Assembly (NCBI RefSeq): GCF_018977255.1
Contig: NW_024704761.1
Location: 2,356,001 to 2,420,000 of the forward strand
Direction of reading: 5' to 3'
Length of the DNA stretch: 64,000 nucleotides
DNA from: Callorhinchus milii
Taxonomy: Eukaryota
Notes under the pieces: model-generated
The model's database searches: none
What the model saw: the letters and a program-made list of their open reading frames with translations, nothing else
Told to the model about the DNA's origin: nothing
Made by a program: the position numbers and the translations under genes
Shown here: positions 1 to 10,325 of the stretch, one piece after another
Numbering within the stretch: position 1 is the stretch's first letter
Layout: each line of letters opens with the position of its first letter

Positions 1-11
1 AGACCTTTCTT

Positions 12-390
12 GGAGCCCTGTAGCTTAGTGGTTAGAGAACTTGCCTCGCAAGTGAGAGGACCTGTGATTGATTCCCGGGCGGGGCGAATCATTACTCAAA
101 TTTCCTTACTCCGCACGCCTCTGTTTACCGAGCAGTAAGTAGGAACCTAGTTATTAGTCGATTGGCAGATCGCTTTACCGGGGGTAATAATCCCTCCAAA
201 AAAAATTAATAATTTGGTCACTGAGTCCACAGCTGTTTGTGGGGACGCTGCTGTGCTCAATTGGCTGCTGTGTTTCACCCACAAAATATACAGTCAATTC
301 ACTTTACAGTATATTCTGTGAAGCGCTTTGAGACGTCTCGAAGATGTGATAAGGCGCTATAATCAAATGCAAGGATTATTGTAGGATTAT
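12..390 (+). mobile_element. tRNA-derived SINE with L2-type tail (full length)
   Basis: A/B-box tRNA-like head (tagcttagtggttaga..gattgattcccggg), body gctgtgctcaattggctgc, tail tgtgaagcgctttgagacgtctc..aaggcgctat..aaatgcaaggattatt; many related copies in the window. Confidence 0.85.
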
Positions 391-484
391 TTTTTAAATT
401 GCTTCGGTTACAGTGTGAAGTTCAGAATGGTATTTTACCGAAATAATCAGCCTCTCCTAATTCTTGTTCTGTCGTTATATTTAG

Positions 485-2702
485 TGGTGTTTTTCGGATT
501 TACATCAATAGGGCTGGCTGGGGTCGCTTCTCTCTTACATGGAAATGTAATGCAGGTAAACACAAATCCTACGTTTTTATATTTGTACATTTATTTAAAA
601 AAAAGTTGGGATAAAAACATGATTATGTTCCAGCTCATGTAACGATATTCTCTTTGTTGTACCCAGATATCTCGAAGTGTTGATGGCTTACTGCTTGGAC
701 CCCTAATCGGTGCATTTACTCTTGCAGCTTTATGTCCAAGGAGCAACAGCAAAGTAAGGTCTTTTAGACATTGAAGTCACAATGAAAAACATTTCGAAGC
801 TAGTTTTAAGTGATATTATTTCATATTTGAAATAAGCTTTTTTTTAGAGGGGGCCTTGTAATTATAGTTCCCATCACACAGAGGATACAGTTCAAGATTC
901 TGGTTGTCACCTTCAAAACTCCCCCTACCTCTGCGACCTCCTAACCCCCTGTTTGCTCCCTCCGCTCAGCGGGCTCCAGCCTGCTTCACGTTCCCCGCCT
1001 CATTTGCCCCACTATTGGTGGGTGGGCCTTCTGCCACTCTGCCCCCACCCTCTAGAACGCCATCCCACCAAGATTAGGAGACAACTGCAGTGAACAAAGA
1101 GAAATAGTAATTGATTGGTTTATGCACCGATTTAACAGGTCCTTAAAATAATTATTTTTCTTCTTTTATCTCAGGGAACATTTGTGGGTGTGCTTGTTGG
1201 TTTAATCCTTTCCTTGTGGTTAGGAATTGGTTCTCAAATCTACCGACCTTCCGATAGATTCACAGAAACACTTACGTTCTCAATAGCAGGCTGCGTGCAA
1301 GCTAACGTCACCACCTCAAGCTCTGTAAATATAACAGCTCTGATGACAACTATAACTTCTGTAAAACAGGAACAAGAGTAAGCCATTCAGTCACTCTCTC
1401 CAGAGCTAAACAAAAATGTACCAAATATAGAAGACTTACTGTTAATAGTTTGTTTCTATTTTAGGTTCAGCATTTTGGATAATATTTACTCCTTATCCTA
1501 CGCGTACTACACGCCAGTCGGTTGCCTGAGTACAATTTTTGTGGGTTTAATCGTCAGTGTATTGACCGGTAAGTAAAACAAATAATATAATATGAAAGCC
1601 AGATAAAGGAACTGGTGGCCACAGTTAATGCTTTGTATGGTGTTTGCTACACTTTGCTATTTGAGATTGGCAGTGATACCACATTGCTCCTGAGGTCACA
1701 TAACTATCTTTCTAACACTGTAGAAAAAAGTGTCTCTATCATTTTACTGAAACCAGGGCATGAAATGATAACAATTCAAAATGCGTCTAGCAACGACACT
1801 GTCATCACTTACCAATTTTATAAACACGCCCCAGTCTGATACCATATTCAGACAATGAGCGGGACAGTTTTTGTTTCCTAGTGTAGCATAAAGTTTCACA
1901 ACGGTTTCATTTAAGTAAGAAATTACAGGAATATTAATTCCGAAAAGCAGATTTTCAGTTGCCATTAATGAACAATTCTTTTTTTTTTGCATTATATAAT
2001 CAGCAAAATGTCAAATTTTAGGGACATTTTCCCCAAATCTTTCATTTGGAACTTGCTGGGCAAAGGAAGACCAAGGTCCTCGTTCGCTTTCCACCATCCT
2101 GGTAGTTGCCATGTCCCAAACTATATAACAACAACAACTTGCATTTATACAGCACCCTTCACACGGAGTAGGGTCCTGCAGCGCTTACTAACAAGATACC
2201 GTACGATATACTGTAACCTGAGATATTATTTTCTAGCGGAAATCTATCTAATGTGTTGCTGTTTGCACTGTGAACTCTGGGAGTACTGTTCCTGCTAAGT
2301 CTCACCTCACTTACAGAAGGTGCGAAGGATGTGGATCCCGCTTACCTTGCTCCTATCCTGCACACCATACACAGGATGGTCTTCAAGAAGGAGAAAATCC
2401 CACCCTTGTCGGAAACGGTAAGAATTCCGAATTCACAGGATTGAGGGACACAAAGAAGAATAACGGTAATATTTCAAAGGCTATTTGACACTTTGCAGGC
2501 CTGAGTGAGAAGAATCCCTTCCCCCAGTAACTGGTCCACCCCTCTAAGTTGTGCTGACGAATGAGAGTAATTGTTCTGCTGGTTCTCAACTCAGCATTGT
2601 TTGGGAGGATGATTGACGTTTTACTGTACACATTCACTGTAATTCTCCTCCCCACAGGGAATACAACTCATCGAAGGGACTTACTTGAACGGGAACTGCT
2701 AG
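485..2702 (+). CDS. Sodium-coupled monocarboxylate transporter (SLC5A8/SLC5A12-like), last six coding exons; 5' part lies outside the window
   Basis: Phase-compatible GT-AG exons 485-555, 667-753, 1175-1377, 1465-1568, 2317-2417, 2658-2702 (TAG). They give ...VFFGFTSIGLAGVASLLHGNVMQ/ISRSVDGLLLGPLIGAFTL...SNSK/GTFVGVLVGLILSLWLGIGSQIY...GC.../DNIYSLSYAYYTPVGCLSTIFVGLIVSVLT/EGAKDVDPAYL.../GIQLIEGTYLNGNC*. The LWxGIGxQIY and YSLSY motifs are typical of the SLC5A5/6/8/12 clade. Confidence 0.85.
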
Positions 2703-2904
2703 CCTTTCATCGGTGGAATGGGTCCGTCTTATCAATTCATAGGTAAAAGTGACAACGTTATACTAAATCGTAAAAAGACAGCATTTTGGTATGAATGTTT
2801 TCCATTATATTTTTGATGTAACTTCATAATATAATATACTACAGTACAATTTCCACATTTATATACATATATATAGAGAGAGAGAGAGAGCACCTTTCAT
2901 GTGA

Positions 2905-3165
2905 GGAGGTGCCATCCTTCGGATGAAATGTTAATCCAAGGTGCCGTCTGCCTGTACAGGTGGATTTTAAAGATCCCACTATTCGAAAAGAGAAGGGAGT
3001 TCTTCTCTCTCTCCCGGTGTCCTGGCCAACAATCCCCTAAATAAAGTTGGTCACTCGCTCCACGGCTGTTTGTGAGACGCTGCTGTGCTCAATTAGCGTT
3101 TCACCCACAAAATACAAAGTCACTACACTTTACACTATACCCTGTGAAGCATTTTGAGACGTCTC
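2905..3165 (+). mobile_element. DeuSINE-domain fragment with SINE tail
   Basis: ggtgccatccttcggatgaaatgttaa..gtctgcctgtacaggtggat..aaagatcccac..ccggtgtcctggccaa resembles the Deu domain of AmnSINE/SacSINE; a second copy is at about 35740-35890. Confidence 0.7.
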
Positions 3166-4849
3166 AATAAATGAACTGCCAATACATTTATTATTAATTT
3201 ATCTATAAATAATAAACCTGGATCACAGGACAGAAGTGTAAAACAGGCATTTAAGTCTAGAAAGTACTGAATGTTTTTTAACGTGTTGAATAAGTTCAAA
3301 CCCTAGCGAGAACAGTTTGACATTTCTGTTTGTATTTCCATGGATTTGCTTCATCTGTTTAAAAAAAACATTGAATCAAGATTTTAAATATTGACAAAGT
3401 GGTGAGAACAATGGTCAAAGGGTTCATTATTTAGAGCTATTGAGTTTCTCCTTCCTTTCATTTCATATAGAATGGAAACCCTGCTACCTCGGTCTCTGGC
3501 AATTAAAAAGCATTCAAGAAAAATATTAAATGAAAATCAAGCTTTAAAGCTGGGAATAGTTGGAGGAATGTTTTAATGCAAAGTTTGTTTGTTTAACTCT
3601 GGAGTGGAATGAGATTATAGTAAAAAAATGTAATTTGTTGTTGTAAGAGGTGGCAGCTTTTAATGTGAAGGCTGATTAATACTGGGAGGTTTGGTGAAGT
3701 TGATGGGTATAATTTTCAACCCAGTATCATTTGTATACTGAACCACTTAAATGCATTGTCAAACATGCAGCCTGATGCAAATATCAATAAATGTGCTTTT
3801 TAAATTAATGATGGACGAGCCTTTGTCTTTTGTCACCTTTAGAAAAGAGAACTTAGATTTGAACCCATAATAGGTATCAGAAAAACAGTGGAACAAATTA
3901 TTTCTATTCCATGTGTCATTTGATTAAAATAATGAAACAAGGCATAAATTACCAGAGATTGTGTTTGGGAAATAAAAATAAATAAATTCTCCCATAATTG
4001 GCTATAACCAGCAGTCATGAAGCATAAACCAAATAGTAAGAGGCCACAGAGAGACCACAGTAGATGAAGACACAGCCTTTACTAAATTTAAGGTTACGGG
4101 ACAATTGTTTAGAAAGTGTTTTCCCTGTAAAATCAGCACAATTGGTGGATTTTTGCAGTTGAATGTAACACTAGATTTTATACACCTTAATCCATTTTTT
4201 GTGCATTCACAGATACAGCCTAAATAAATCTTAAAACGAACAATTGATAGAATTTGTTTAAAAATGAAAAGTAAGATTGCAATCCCGGTAACTGAAAAAT
4301 GAAAACTCCAAACCTTCTTACGTTTGCAGATATTTTTATTCCCCCAAATTAACCAGGACTGTGTTAGAAACAGCCTATACAAAGAAAGAATTATTACAAT
4401 CTGGTAAAATAGCAATACAGGTAAAGACGCTACGAAATCCCCAACATTTCCTACTGTGATTAAAGTTTATTGCTTAAAAACCTACAATTCTATTAGCAGT
4501 GTATTTAAAACCATCGTGAAATTTGTATTGAGTTACAGACAACAACAATTACTTGCATTTATATAGCATCTTAGAGTGCTTGTACTTATCTCCTCAACTT
4601 TGGCGACAGAAATCAAACAGCATGTGTTGATATGTTCAGGATGTAAACACGGTGTTGGGATACATTAAAACTAACGAGTCTGTAAGTATACTTACAATGT
4701 GAATTCAAAACCAAATAGTAGTGTAACAACTTCTGAATGACATAAACAGGAAAAATTAAATGCCGCAGTTGCTGCTTTGCTCCCCACCCTCTCTGTACCG
4801 CATTCATTGCTCGATTCACTTGGTTTAACCGAAGGGAGCTGCTAGTACA

Positions 4850-5045
4850 GAAACAACAACTTGCATTAATATAGCGCCCTTCGCGGTTTCGGGGTAGTGT
4901 CCCGGAGCATTTGACAGTGGCGGAGTCTGACCCCGAGCCCGGGGGAGAGGGAGGGGGGAGGTGACCGTAAGCACAATCAAAAAGGAAGGTCTTTAGGCTG
5001 GATTTGAAAGAGGTGTGGGGAGGGGGCGAGGCGGAGGGATTGTAC
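4850..5045 (-). mobile_element. L2 LINE 3' end directly behind the SAM-less SAMD9 stop codon
   Basis: SFKSSLKTFLF peptide and a gcgctatatt..gcaagttgttg tail. Confidence 0.7.
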
Positions 5046-5066
5046 CCTCTGTCACGCACGTGTACT

Positions 5067-8000
5067 TTACTGAACGCTTTGAATGTCGTAAGCGACACAG
5101 CCACGCAATGTGAATCCCAAGTAAAATGAAACCCTTGTGCTTCCTGGTGGGATTGAACAATTGAACGCCCGATGGACAGGAAGCTGACTGTCTTTGCAAT
5201 GCCCTTGGATGTAAATCTTGTTGCCTTCAGCCGAGCCCTCAACCCGCTGCAAGCGAGCCTGATTTGCCTCCCAATCGTACGCTCCGTTGTTGCGAGACAA
5301 GTTTCTGTTGTGGACGAAGCGCTTCAGAAAACCGCTTCCAGATCCAAGGAAAAAATGAGGATAAGTAGGTTTCTTCACACTTTGAATATCCTTTATTTTG
5401 CCTTTGTACAGATTGTTCAGGGTAGTTAATGAGTCCGTTAAATACTCATCGTGTTTCTTCCCAGAAAGATCGTTACATTCACTGTCTGGCCAGTGCAACA
5501 GCAACAAGATGAAGTGAGGGATTGGCTTGTCAAAATCCAGCCTCTGTAGTTGAAGGCTGAGCTCATGGAGTTGCTCTTCAGAAACTTTGTCTTCCTCGGG
5601 AGAGGTGGGTTTGATCATGGCGAAGGCAATGCGTGATAACACATAATTTTCATTCAATTTCTCTTGTTGATTAGTATCCATATCTATGATTTCCCTCAAT
5701 TTGTCAGCAGCCAACGCAAATATTGTAGAGAATCTTCCACCACCGAGGTAATTAATCTTGCGATGTTTTAATAAGGCCATCTGATTTTCCATGTTTTCTT
5801 TTTTCAGCAGCTTTTTACTTGGACCATCGAGGGGACAGTTGAAGAAAGACGAGAATTGTCTTTCGTTTTTCTTTAAGTTCTCAAAAGCGGCCTGTACCAT
5901 GGTCTCTGTTCCCTCGTCAGGCTGGAAGTAAGCCATGTACACATAAATCCATTCCATTGATTTGCAAATGTTGTTGTGCAATGACTTCAATTGATCATGG
6001 AACGGGGCCCAGGAGACGTTTATTTCTTCTGGGACCCATTCAGTCACTAGATATTTAACAAGTTTGGGGTAGAATCCATTCTTGTACTCTGAAAATATAC
6101 CAAGTAATGGCATAAGCTGCACAATGTAACATCCAACCTCCACCTCACCAAAATAGCCGCTGTTATTCCAATCGGTCTCTGATTCCGATGCCTCTTGGGA
6201 TCTTTGGAAAGCATTGATTGCCTTCAGGGCTAACTCAATTGCTTTGTCGAGTTTACCCGGATCATTGATTGGGAAGGTTAGCGAATATAACCATTTCTTG
6301 TATACCTGACCCTCTGTGTCCAAAATATAAGAATTGGAAGGCAAAAGGATCTTAGCTTTTTCTATCCATGACTTCGCCTTTTCAAACTCTCCTGTTTTGC
6401 ATAAGAATCTAACAAGTTGCTGAATCACGATGGCATCTTCATCAAAACACTCGCAGGCCTTTTCCTGAACAGCCACTGCCTTAGTATTGCTTTCGCTCTT
6501 AGCTATGTGTGCGATCATGGGAGGGAATTTGAGTCTCTGTTTTGAATTCTTAGGTTTTCTCTGAACAAACAATTGCCTTATGAACTTTGATACTTGAGTT
6601 GTAGATTTTTGTTGAAAAAATATATCCTTCTCAAGAAGCTGGGTGACGACCTGACTTTGGTTGGGTTTTATCTGATCCAGTATTTCTTCTGCGACTTTGT
6701 GATGTATTACGCGGATGCACTGAAGTTCTGTTGTAGCTTCAAACAAGTGAGAGAGCAGAAAATTCATCGGTTTGTTTGAAGTGCTCTCAAAGCCTTGCGA
6801 AAGATCAGTTTGAAAGCTCGCATTTAAAAATGACACAAACTGAGATACGGTAATGTATGAATCCTGAACGTAATGATTTAGCAACGCAATGGATTGAAGC
6901 AAGCGACCCTCAACAGAAGAGAAGCCAATATCTGTCAGCAGGTCCTTCACAAATTTCGAGAGGACTGACTGGTTATATTCTTGGGTCATCAGAACGAATG
7001 TAAGGATGGCGTTTTCCTTAAACTGTTTTTTAAGCACTTCCAATTTCCTCTTAAACAGCGATGTTTCACGTGGGGATAAGTTGTAATGAACCATAACTCT
7101 TTCAGGCACCTTATACGTTTCTGGGTTGTTAACCCTCATGCAGTGTAGCAGAATGACTTGCAGATTTGAAACGTTAGTCTGGTGTCCCACTGCTCTCGTC
7201 AGCTGATCTTTTAGACTCATGATGCATTCCTCGTCACAATCTTCAGCAAGCAGGAGCATTGGCGAACTCTCATCCTTCTTTTCAGACTCCTGTAATTTGA
7301 CGACATGCTCACAGATAGATTTTTCAGGCTGTGATGTGTTGATGATCCCGCACCTCAGTCTTTTACTGAAGTCCCACAGAATGTGACGAGCTACAGTACT
7401 TCCTCCACTGCCGGGCTGGTGAGCTATCGTCACAGTTAGCACCGGTCCTTTTGAGTTTCGTTTCTCTAACGCCAACTTCAGTCGCCTTTCCACTGCCTTG
7501 TAGGCATCTCTTTGGATAATTTCTCCACAGTACTCATTATCTGCTAACCAGAAATTCATCCAGTTAACTTTACCACCCCGGTAAAAGTACATCTCTGTGT
7601 TTTTGATTTCCTCCTGACACTGTTCATCATTTTTATCGATGATGTACTCACTGTTGTACTCATTTGCTCTCAGTACTTCAATAAACGGCAGCAGTTCCTC
7701 ATAGCTTTTGTCGTCACGTAGCAATTGCCTAGTACTAATAGCTGAAGATTGTATGATCTGAATCATTGCGTCTAAATGGTTGAGTTTTGTTCCTACAATA
7801 CTGAGGTTGTTGATGGTGTCTCTGTTGCATGACTGGCGTACAAAGCTTACCCAGTTGCTGTAATTCTGTCTGTCTGCTGCAATGCATTTGATGCCAGTTT
7901 TGCTATTCATTCCTGTGTAGAATTCCTGAAATGCTTCTGCAAGTGGTTGATCCACAGTTGACACCAAGAGAAAAAGTACCTCGAACGAGCCTGGCGGAAG

Positions 8001-9134
8001 GATGGTTTTGCAAATTTGCGATATGGTATTTGCCAAAGTTTCCCTTCGGGTTTGCATCCAGGTCCCATCTTCACAGGGTTTGCGATCGCCGTAATCATTT
8101 TGCCCGTTACAAAATATCCAAGCAGTTTTTTGAAAAAAATCCTTCTTTACATCATCTGCCAATTCCCCGCCGTCAATGGTACAGTCTTCCAAGAAGTGGA
8201 AGCTGGCTTTGGGATAGCGACTGCCTAAACCTTTCATCTTAGAATTGGGGTCAAAATCGAAAACGCAAAAGAATCTCATACTTAACAAAAAGTTGAGATT
8301 TTCCAAATCCTCCTCTTTGCAGCTGTTGATTACGAGGACGTACTTCACCTTGTTGTTAATGTGCCTTTTCACACTGGCAAACAAGTTGGCCAGTTTCCTA
8401 TACACGTCATTGCTGACCAACTCTTCCCTCCGCTCAGCTTCTTCTCTCTCAAAGTCTCTGCCGCGTATGTAGTCGGGTATGCTTTGAATTTCATTACCCA
8501 CAGATATAGAAGCTGCGCCTTCTCTTTTGTAAATAACCCAAGGAGAACGTGTGTTCTTTTCCTTAATGTCCTTGAGAACGGGAAGGCGAACGGAATAGAA
8601 AATCCCTTGCACCACAGCTAACGATGGAACAATATCCACTTCAATAACAAAGCACTGTTGTTCCCCAGGATCACCACTAGTTACTTCTACAAATCTTGGC
8701 GGGCGAATTGAACGCTCAGCATGAAAGCAGTACTTGGGCATAAAGCATTTTTGGATATAAACATCTCGCGCCTGAACAAAAAGCGCTGGATCCCTCACGG
8801 GCACTCCTACAATTTCACCGTGTACATAATCTCCATCCCCATCTTCAACCCCAAAATGAATGGTCCCATTTGTTCTCGTGTTCATACAAGCTGCAGCGAA
8901 TTTCATAACGTCAGTCCCAAATTTGAGCCTCTGCTGATTCTTGTCTTTGAGGCACATCTTTTGGAAAGATTTGTACTCGTGACATGGAGTAATTAAATCT
9001 TTGCTACCTGTTTCTGGTGGAAGCACAGTGTTTCTTATATATTTGAATTCAGCATCTTCTGTGTCAAAAGGATGGGGATTACACTGATCATAATGCCTAC
9101 TTGTCCCTTTGGTTGATTTGGGGGGATTCGGCAT
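5067..9134 (-). CDS. SAMD9/SAMD9L-family protein lacking the N-terminal SAM domain (AlbA_2/Schlafen-like nuclease, SIR2-like, STAND P-loop NTPase, TPR, OB-fold), 1355 aa
   Basis: Single uninterrupted ORF with PETG..PCHEYKSF, ACMNTRTNGTIHFGV, FCVFDFDPNSK, WIFCNG, FYRGGKV, HQPGSGGSTVAR (Walker A-like), LLLAED (Walker B), NSYILDTEGQVY and C-terminal VSFYLGFTLRGCVAYDI. Splice acceptor with exon start at 9177 and an in-frame TAG upstream of ATG 9134. Candidate upstream donor GTGAGT at 9754. Confidence 0.92.
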   Translation of the reverse strand: MPNPPKSTKGTSRHYDQCNPHPFDTEDAEFKYIRNTVLPPETGSKDLITPCHEYKSFQKMCLKDKNQQRLKFGTDVMKFAAACMNTRTNGTIHFGVEDGDGDYVHGEIVGVPVRDPALFVQARDVYIQKCFMPKYCFHAERSIRPPRFVEVTSGDPGEQQCFVIEVDIVPSLAVVQGIFYSVRLPVLKDIKEKNTRSPWVIYKREGAASISVGNEIQSIPDYIRGRDFEREEAERREELVSNDVYRKLANLFASVKRHINNKVKYVLVINSCKEEDLENLNFLLSMRFFCVFDFDPNSKMKGLGSRYPKASFHFLEDCTIDGGELADDVKKDFFQKTAWIFCNGQNDYGDRKPCEDGTWMQTRRETLANTISQICKTILPPGSFEVLFLLVSTVDQPLAEAFQEFYTGMNSKTGIKCIAADRQNYSNWVSFVRQSCNRDTINNLSIVGTKLNHLDAMIQIIQSSAISTRQLLRDDKSYEELLPFIEVLRANEYNSEYIIDKNDEQCQEEIKNTEMYFYRGGKVNWMNFWLADNEYCGEIIQRDAYKAVERRLKLALEKRNSKGPVLTVTIAHQPGSGGSTVARHILWDFSKRLRCGIINTSQPEKSICEHVVKLQESEKKDESSPMLLLAEDCDEECIMSLKDQLTRAVGHQTNVSNLQVILLHCMRVNNPETYKVPERVMVHYNLSPRETSLFKRKLEVLKKQFKENAILTFVLMTQEYNQSVLSKFVKDLLTDIGFSSVEGRLLQSIALLNHYVQDSYITVSQFVSFLNASFQTDLSQGFESTSNKPMNFLLSHLFEATTELQCIRVIHHKVAEEILDQIKPNQSQVVTQLLEKDIFFQQKSTTQVSKFIRQLFVQRKPKNSKQRLKFPPMIAHIAKSESNTKAVAVQEKACECFDEDAIVIQQLVRFLCKTGEFEKAKSWIEKAKILLPSNSYILDTEGQVYKKWLYSLTFPINDPGKLDKAIELALKAINAFQRSQEASESETDWNNSGYFGEVEVGCYIVQLMPLLGIFSEYKNGFYPKLVKYLVTEWVPEEINVSWAPFHDQLKSLHNNICKSMEWIYVYMAYFQPDEGTETMVQAAFENLKKNERQFSSFFNCPLDGPSKKLLKKENMENQMALLKHRKINYLGGGRFSTIFALAADKLREIIDMDTNQQEKLNENYVLSRIAFAMIKPTSPEEDKVSEEQLHELSLQLQRLDFDKPIPHFILLLLHWPDSECNDLSGKKHDEYLTDSLTTLNNLYKGKIKDIQSVKKPTYPHFFLGSGSGFLKRFVHNRNLSRNNGAYDWEANQARLQRVEGSAEGNKIYIQGHCKDSQLPVHRAFNCSIPPGSTRVSFYLGFTLRGCVAYDIQSVQ

Positions 9135-9282
9135 GCTGCTCTTCGCTCTTAAAGTCTAACTTTTCTGGGTTGTTTGTCTGGAAAATAAAAGGTTTATTTT
9201 TCAAAGTCAAATGTAAATTTGCTTATTTATATCTCAGTTCCAACAGCAAGAAAAAAAAACATTTGTTAATCATTAGGTGGAG

Positions 9283-9657
9283 TCCTGGAGCTTAGACCAT
9301 CGCTTCATCTCACCTTGCAATCAAGAGGACTTGGGGGCTTGGTTTCCAGGCAGAGCGAAATGTTGGCTGAGTTTCTTTACTCCACACGCCTGTTCACCTC
9401 GCAGTAAGTAGGGACCGGCTGTTAGTCGATAGATAGAGCACTTTTCTGGGGGTAATAATCCTTTCAAAAAAAAAAAAAAATTGATCACTCAATCCACGAC
9501 TGTTTGTTTGTGGGACGCTGATATGCTCAATTAGCTGCCACTTTTCGCCAACAAAATATACAGTCAATTCACTTTACTTTATATTCTGTGAAGAGCTTTG
9601 ATACGTCTCAAAGACGTGATAAGGCGCTGTATTAAATGCGAGGATTTTTATTATTAC
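9283..9657 (+). mobile_element. tRNA-derived SINE in the predicted first intron of the SAM-less SAMD9 gene
   Basis: Colinear with the 12-390 copy and ends in (tta)n. Confidence 0.8.
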
Positions 9658-10325
9658 TCTGCCGAATCTGAAGTATCATTATTTGGCAAAGTTTAAATTT
9701 CAGTTTGAAAAAACAAGTTCCGTACTATTTACCCACAGTTTCTCTCCTACTCACCAATGAATTCCAAATTCTCACCAAATTCCTGCTGTAGAAGTCCTCG
9801 CTCTGTAACCGTTTCACTCCGTCCTCAGCTCACTCTGCTGCGCTCTCCTAACAGAACGATTCCAGCAAATAATTTATTTGCGATCCTCCTCAGTTCAAAA
9901 TGTAGCAAAACCAGTACCGCAAATAAATACTTTGGGTGTTGATGAAAGCTTCTCAGTTCCTCAGCATTCCTCAGCAATGCCTTTTGAAAACAGTAACACA
10001 AAGGTGTTTGTAGAAACCATTTGCTTCCCTGTCACGTGATTTCTTATAAATCGTTCCAGAGATAGGTTTCATTAACGGGTTGTGACACTGTAAGGAGGCA
10101 GTTCTACATAGATTTACAAACATACGTGGAAACGGGTTCTTCGCCCAAGCCAGGGCTTGCTCTGCTCTAAACGAGGCTCCACTTATTAGACAGATTTCTG
10201 CTGGACAATAATAACTCAGGATACAGCATATGGTTTGGGACACGATTTGTCAAGCGACTGACAAGATGGTGGAAGGTGAACTGGATGGACCTCGGTTCTT
10301 CCTTCGCCAGCAAATGTTTTATGTC

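Noticed and set aside
12-85. tRNA-like sequence (also near 29195-29270 and 42255-42325)
   Set aside because: It continues into a SINE body and L2 tail and has a degenerate cloverleaf; these are SINE heads, not tRNA genes.
4613-5242. 209-aa ORF overlapping the SAMD9 3' end
   Set aside because: Alternative frame running through an L2 fragment; no coherent domain.
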